A stretch of 52,231 bases of DNA. Origin: Craspedostauros australis (Eukaryota). The notes below the pieces were generated by a model, which saw only the letters and a program-made list of their open reading frames with translations, did not search any database and was not told where the DNA came from. The DNA lies in assembly GCA_030167865.1 (NCBI GenBank), contig JALAGF010002520.1, positions 1 to 52,231 on the forward strand, in the 5' to 3' direction. The translations under genes were made by a program, and so were the position numbers. Of this stretch, positions 45,874-52,231 are shown in pieces. Within the stretch, counting starts at the first letter, position 1, and the number at the start of each line of letters is the position of its first letter.

Positions 45874-46668
45874 GGTTGCGGCGCTGTGTTGTGCCCTTCT
45901 GAGGGCAGCGTCGTGCTCAATGAAAGTGACCGGATGATCGACTCCGCGCGGGTCTTTTTGAGCGTGCGAAGTTTTGCGTGGGGCGGTGGTGCAATTGCGA
46001 ATGCGGAAGTGAGCAACGCAGCCTCGATGAATTGAGTTGCTGCCGTCCCTACACTACTGCTCTTGATGCGGCTTCGGGAGACCCTTGAGGAGAGCGGACG
46101 CAGACCGTTCACATGCAAATGCTGCCAGCAGATAGATCGATGCGAGGTTCGTTTTTCGGAACAGCTGGTTGGATATGGAAATCGGTAAGGTCCTTCATCT
46201 CTGTCTCTGTCTCTGTCAACGCCAACGCAATACGAGTAGGCAGTACCCACGAATGTGACGACGACGATGACGATGATGATGAAGTTGGCGGCCGCTCTGT
46301 GTGAATCTTCTGTGAACCAATGATGACAGTTTGAAGATGGTTGTTGTGGTTGATCAGTGGTCACCGTTTGGCGTTCCTGTGAAGGAGGACGTGTCTTGCA
46401 TTTGTTTGTGTGGTTGCCCGCTTGTTCCTCGCTTCTTCTCGTTGTTCTTCGTGTTCTTTGTCAAAATAATTAAGTCTACTAATTCAAGACTAGTTATTAA
46501 TCCCGTAAACGAAAACACTAACCAAATAAGAGTAGCTCTCATGCAACCGCCGATACACGCACGCAAACAGAAGCAATCGAAGCTGTTGGCTTCGACGGGG
46601 TTCGATTGATGAATTTGCCTAAAAGCTTACGATGATACGATACGCCACATTCCATGCTCCTGTTCTCT

Positions 46669-48262
46669 CTAGACCAAAGTCAAGACGGTTTGCTGCATTT
46701 TGCCAACGGACTTCATGGACGATGCCTCCACCTTGTAACCTGCCCTCCGCGCCATCTCCTCTGTCACCTTGCGCACGTAGTTGTTGTCCAAGTCCGGCTG
46801 TTCGTGCTGGAGCACCCTGCCACCCCAGAGTGTTGCTGGCGAATCAAGTTCGATGCTGATCTGGAAGCCATCACTGTTGGCGGTACCCGATTTGGTGCTG
46901 CCGCCACCGACCACAGACACGTTGGCACCGAAGGCGAAACCGTTGATGAGGAACAGGTTGACCATTTGCTTGACAGCACCGACGAAAACGTCTGCGGAAC
47001 ATAGAAAGAGAATGAGGAGGAGGTAACGTGATGCACGATGTGAGATCATCCGCTTTGAAACATACATTTCATTCACATCCCAGCATCATGCAAATGCTCC
47101 TGCAGGTGCTGCCTGCCATGCTGGAAAGACGTACCTGCGCTTGGTCTGCTGTTCGGTTCGATTTTGGGAATGGCAGCAGCGCTGTCACCGAAGGTCTCCT
47201 CGAGACCATCAAGGATCAGAGACCCCACCCTGCGTCCATGCTCTGGCACCAATTTATCGTTGGTGATGGACGGATCACGTTTCACAACCACCGTGTTGAC
47301 GCGCGGCGGCTTCCCTTCTCCTTGCTCCACCGGTTGCTCCTCTATGAAGACCATGGGCGGGTCCTGCGTCACTTCGCGGTGTATGGCTACGTGTTGAGCG
47401 AACGAAATGAGATCGAAGTAGTACGGGTTCGTGAGATCGCCTTGTTTCACGAGTCCAGGACCGAGGAGGTTTAGGTAGTTTCCAAATTCCGCCTGCCGAA
47501 TGAGGAAGAAGTCTCGTTGGAATTGATCCCTTTCAGTTTCATAACGATTCAGTTTTTGGGGTGACGAAGGGATAGATCGATGAATGCACGAGCAAAGCGA
47601 ACAATGGGCAGAAGCGAAGGTTAGTCAGTGAGCCAAGCGTGAATCCGGATACAAATGAGGCATGTGATCATGCACTTATGCAGGGCAACGTCCTCTTCAG
47701 CACCAACACTAGTTTTTTGCTAGGATATCGTCACTCACATTGCCACGCAGTCTAACTCATCCAGGACGATGTAGGATGATCGCATGAGGAGCACCGCAAA
47801 CTTCAGGTTCAGATCCCGACGCGGCACTTTCAATGGCTTTGGTCGGCCTGCTCTTTGCAACATCGATCCCACATTGTCAATCTCCTTCGTTGTGATGGGG
47901 TCTGCTGCGAAGGCTGAAAATGGCGTGAAGGTGACTGATGCGCCGACCGCTGCGACGGTCCTGAGTGTGCCGAGGACGTGGTCGCGTCGTGTTTGATGGC
48001 TGTGCGCACCTTCCATGGTGCCAGCAGTAGCCGGAGCATGCTTGTGATCTGCTTTTGGTTGAGGATTGGTAGGCTTGCGTGCGTTGGATGGAGATGTCGC
48101 ACGGCATTGCGATGGCTGATGGGTTGAGAATCCGTGGACAGCGATCGGAGCTGAGACGACCAGCATCAGCAGCAACGCTGATACGACCATCAACGAAGGC
48201 GCGACCGTGCCGCGAGACACGCTCCTTGGCGCTGTTTGTGGAAGAGTGTTGTTCTTGATCAT
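46669..48262 (-). CDS. Uncharacterised plastid protein, probably thylakoid-lumenal; exons 48262-47739, 47529-47135, 46991-46669
   Basis: Two GT-AG introns join three separate ORFs into FAVLLMRSSY..LDELDCVA-M-DQFQRDFF..RQAE...QGDLTNPYYFDLISFAQ. The signal peptide ends VHG|F (plastid-type Phe at +1), followed by a TRR...hydrophobic...AFA|A Tat-like signal. Confidence 0.82.
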
Positions 48263-48686
48263 CGTCTTCGTTTTCTGCTTCTGAATTTTCTTGTGCTGAG
48301 AATATGATCTCAAGTTGTCAGTTTTATGTCTTGCATTGGTTGATTTGAATGAGGCACCATGTTCTGTGCTTAGTACAGATGCGTATGGTGCAGAGTAGGC
48401 GTGTTGTGCTGGGTTGGCGACGTTGACCATGGATCGCGTTGCACATTGATTCGGTTTCCGATTAGGAGCTGCGGCAGATTGGATCCGTGCAAATAGCGCT
48501 TGGTGAACGATTTTGTCTACACTTGGCGGCGTAGACCGCGATGGAACTTCGGTTTCGACCTTCTTCAACTTCTTCCATGTGTACCTCGCAACGATGGTAT
48601 CCGCCACCTCCCGCACCTTTTTGGTCTGCTGGAGATAGTCGTTCTGGCTGAGAGTCCCAGGACCTCCGCGGGCCTTTAGACTTGCT

Positions 48687-51600
48687 CTACAGAAATTCAT
48701 CTAGATCGCTGTGCTCACTGCCATCGTTGCAATTGGTGTTGCCATGCTCACCGCAGCTGGCGTAACCATCGTGGCCATCGATCTTTGTGTGGCGCAGGCC
48801 TTCGTCGTCGCGGCCAACACGATCATCAAGATTATTGCCACTGGCATCGTCAGCGTTCAGATCCTCCATCATCTCATCGTAGTCCTTTTGATGTTGATGA
48901 TCCCCATCGTCCACGTGCTTTGTCTTCTTTCTGCCGTTTACAACCGATTTCTTGCGGTCGTCATCTGCAGCTTGCAATGTCACCAATAGCCGCTCCTTGA
49001 TGATGGATGCCAAGGTGTCTGGAGTGATTGTGTTCACTTCCTTTGTTCTCTCATCGCTCTCGGGATAATCGTTGTGAGCGCGTTGGTTGGTTTGGCGCGT
49101 GTCTATGTTCATAGTTGGATCCCAACCACGCACGGTGGAAAGGGCGGACGACTTCATGTGCTGGTTGCTGGAGTTCATGATCATTCGCGATAGCGCCCAC
49201 GAAACGGCAGGTACGTATCGTGACTCTCTTTCGGCTGATCTCAGTTGATGCGCAGTCAGCAGCAGGTTTGGGTTGGTCGTCTGTATGCATTTCAAGCATT
49301 CTCTCAGCCCGTTGTGCAACGCGGCTTGGATCGGTGGATGATTTAGCGGAAGTCGGCCCTATGAATAGTGCGTGGGTACGAGTTGATGCAGAAGAGAGCA
49401 AGTGTGGTTGTGAGAAACTCAGCGTTTGTTGGCACCTTGATTGACTCCTTGGATGGTAGATCCTTGAATGGGATACATCCATCAGCGTCTTACCTTGGAG
49501 AGGGTTGGGAGTGGCAACAGCGATGGTTTTGCATGCAGATGGATGAGGACGATGATTCTTCCCAAGCGCACCTTCGCTGGCATGAAGATGTGATCGTCGC
49601 TGCCTTCCATGTTGGTGGTGTACATCGAATGCGAATGCGCCACCTTGCGCTTCCGTTGATGCCCGCTCTTGTGTTGATTGGAGTGCTTGAGTGGTCCTGA
49701 GCCGAGAGTGACATTCGTACGAGTACGCGGGTCACTTCGATGAATCGAATTGGCATCGGCAAGGAACGGAAGGACTTGGTCACTATCATGAATTTCGAAA
49801 TTGTGCTTGATTTGGTGACTGTTTGAAATCCTCGACGTTGCTGCTGCTGCTGCTGCCGCCACGCTCGTTTGCACTTGTTCTTGCGTCCTGGTCTGTGTTG
49901 ATGTGGTTGCAACGGAATTTTGTTTCGCATGCTCTGAAAGATTCAGTGGATGATTGAGCGGATGACTACTGGTGCCTCTGCTGCCGCTGCTGTCCCTGTC
50001 ATCCCCGTGTGACGTCGGGATGGCTTTCAGCCCGAAGGATCCCCACACTGTCTTGCTGCGGATCCCATGCATCAAGCCACAAGCAACGGCCTCTGCTCCA
50101 TCCATCAATGGAATGCCGTTGACGAATCGGATGACTTCCATTGTGGCGGATGATGCCATTTCATCCATATTGGTTGCGTTGGCGTAGTGGGTAGGTGAAT
50201 GATGATCCTGAAGAAATTCTTGGATGGATGTTCCGTGCAAGGAAAGATCACCGTTCTCGTTGGGTTCTTCATCAATTGTGGACTGCTCACTAGCGCCGCA
50301 TACAATCATGTCGACATGAAGTTGTGCAGCGTCGCTGCTGTTGGCGGTCGCTGATCTCTTGTTGACAGCGAGCTTCTGAGTTGATTGGGCAGATCGTTGA
50401 GAGAGGCGAATGACCTGTTTGGAATGGGCGACGTTCTCGATACCAACTTGCAATGGCTGTTGCAGATGCATCGACGCTGCTTGAAGAATGTGCGCACGTC
50501 GTTCTTTGTGTGCATCGTGTGGCGAGATTTGCTTTTGACGTCGATTGCACGATGGCAAAGATGTTGGCTGCTGTTCTGATGGTGAATGATGTTGATGGTG
50601 CTGTTGGTGAGGGAATTGGTCGTTGCGGATGTTGGGATTATTCCAATCATCATTGTCATCATTGGAGCATTCTCGGAATGCATCTTCCCAATTCGTCCAG
50701 TGCGTAACCTTGTGCTCGTCTTTGCCGTTGCTGCTGCCAATGTCGTCGTCACTATCATCGCTGCTGTTGCTATGTGGTGTTTCCACGGCAGTATGATTAG
50801 TCTTCGTTACATTCGGTTGGCCATAACCAGCATTCAGGTGCTTGACGCCTTGCGCGGTCGATGTGTGCGGCGAGAGTGTTCGAATGTAGATCGGAACAGA
50901 CGAAAGGGTCGGCGCGAAGACTTCCAGCCGGCATGGGAGATCAGGTCCAATCCATTGGAATCTGGCAAAGTAAGCAGCCAGTCGTGGCCATGCGCTTCTT
51001 GCTCCGGCCCCTCCCTGCGAGACACAACATGCAAACGTTGGCATCAGTACGTAAGAGTATATGAGAGTAGAATGCGATGGAGTGCATATTAATAGAGTGA
51101 AGTGGAGTAGAGTAGAGCAGAACAAAACAGAAGAGAGGTGAGACAACCATGGCTGTGATCACGTGTCAGCTGTCGCAAACGAGCAGTCCAAAACAAACGT
51201 GTCTCTATGTTGCGAGACAGAACGCACAGATCAATGAACTCACCGGAACTAACAGACTGACGCAAGTCCCGCTCTCCTTGGGGTTGCTCTTGACGAGCTT
51301 CTCCTTCTTGTGACACAGCACCTTGTCCTTGGCAGTGTTGACGATGAAGAACGCTCTCGTCAATGACTTGGAAGCCGCTCGTGCCGATGTGATGCATGCG
51401 AAGGATTTGGGGACGAGCCGTTGTGCGTGGACCAGGCAGAGGGTGAGACCAATTCCGTAGCGACCAGCCGTGGCAGTTGCGGCCTTGCTGGTGTGGAAGG
51501 CGTTGACGCATCGTTGGGTGTCCGCCATGCCGCAGCCATTATCAGACACTGTAACCTGGAGGATGGAGTCGTCACAGTCATCGTTGCGATCGCTGTCATC

Positions 51601-52101
51601 ATTGTCATCGTTGTCATCATTGTCGTGGTTGTGATTGTTGGATGTGTAGGGTTGTATCTCCACTCTCACACGAAGGTTGGACTGATAGGTATGTCCTGGT
51701 TGCGACTGATCATCTCTGGCACTGCCATTCTTGCTGCATACTAGTATGCCATTGGCTTTGCCATTGCCAACACTGTGGCCTCTCTTCGATGAGGAACGCT
51801 TCATGTCTGATTGCTTTGCTGTTGCTGTTGTTGTAGTTGTTCTTTGCAAAGTGGCACATGCATCAACAGCATTGTCGACAAGCTCCTTGACGATCTGGCA
51901 GAAGGCATCGCCGCTTGTGTGGTCGTCAACAGCATCAGCGGTGCTGCCAGCAGTATCTTGCTTGTGTTGTCTGCCTTTGCCAGTTGTACTCGCAACAGAC
52001 TGATGTCGCAATAGAGATGCTGAAGTCGCCCGCAGGATGCCTGAGCTCTCTCCGCCGAAGCCACCCACTTGCGGGTTGGCATGGAAGGCACGGAGGGCCA
52101 T
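48687..52101 (-). CDS. Divergent DNA topoisomerase VI subunit B-like protein (TOP6B/TOPOVIBL family), 1016 aa; exons 52101-51244, 51014-49494, 49358-48687
   Basis: GHKL motifs KELVDNAVDA, VSDNGCGM, GRYGIG, SGT. Transducer-like segments VIRFVNGIPL, VWGSFGL, PTLSK, LHNGLRECL...ERESRYVPAVS align by eye to TOP6B (RFANRIPL, NWxxY, GTGKE, ...RYIPDV). Both introns are phase-0 GT-AG. Confidence 0.83.
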
Positions 52102-52231
52102 GGTATGGGTGCACTTCGAGTATTATATGCTCTTGCCTCGCTCTTTCCGTCTCCTTGCCTTGCTTTTGCGTTGTCTTTCGTTGGTCTTGGTTCTTGGTTC
52201 TGTCCGCCTTCAGCCACATCGCTCAGCTTGG

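Noticed and set aside
46574-46610. GGTTCGATT resembling a tRNA T-loop/B-box, with nested inverted repeats
   Set aside because: No acceptor, D or anticodon stems can be built around it.
48263-48700. Upstream extension of the 47735-48700 ORF
   Set aside because: It overlaps the stop and 3' region of the TOP6B-like gene; the targeting signal begins only after ATG 48262.

Overview
Gene-dense eukaryotic nuclear DNA, almost certainly from a diatom. The evidence is short GT-AG introns, CAA-rich leaders, a bipartite plastid-targeting presequence, and several families expanded in diatoms (LRR membrane proteins with the YxLATxYYST motif, CxRGLE proteins, helicase-associated-domain proteins). I can support about 18 complete genes plus a probable truncated 3' end at the left edge, and I reconstructed 8 introns by hand from frame continuity. 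Recognisable genes: ISY1, katG (3 exons, C-terminal SRM peroxisomal signal), an S28 peptidase, VPS15, MER3/HFM1, an MRS2/CorA Mg2+ channel, a head-to-head pair of DUF1349 paralogues, and a 3-exon topoisomerase VI B-like gene that the ORF track splits into three pieces. The most interesting points are: (1) the TOP6B-like protein keeps all ATPase motifs but seems to lack the H2TH domain, and lies about 12 kb from MER3; (2) a giant type II LRR membrane protein carries silacidin-like and silaffin-like tracts; (3) the two DUF1349 paralogues show complementary motif losses; (4) VPS15 has a fully degenerate catalytic loop. No rRNA, tRNA, CRISPR array or intact transposon was seen. All family assignments come from motif recognition by eye, not from database searches.
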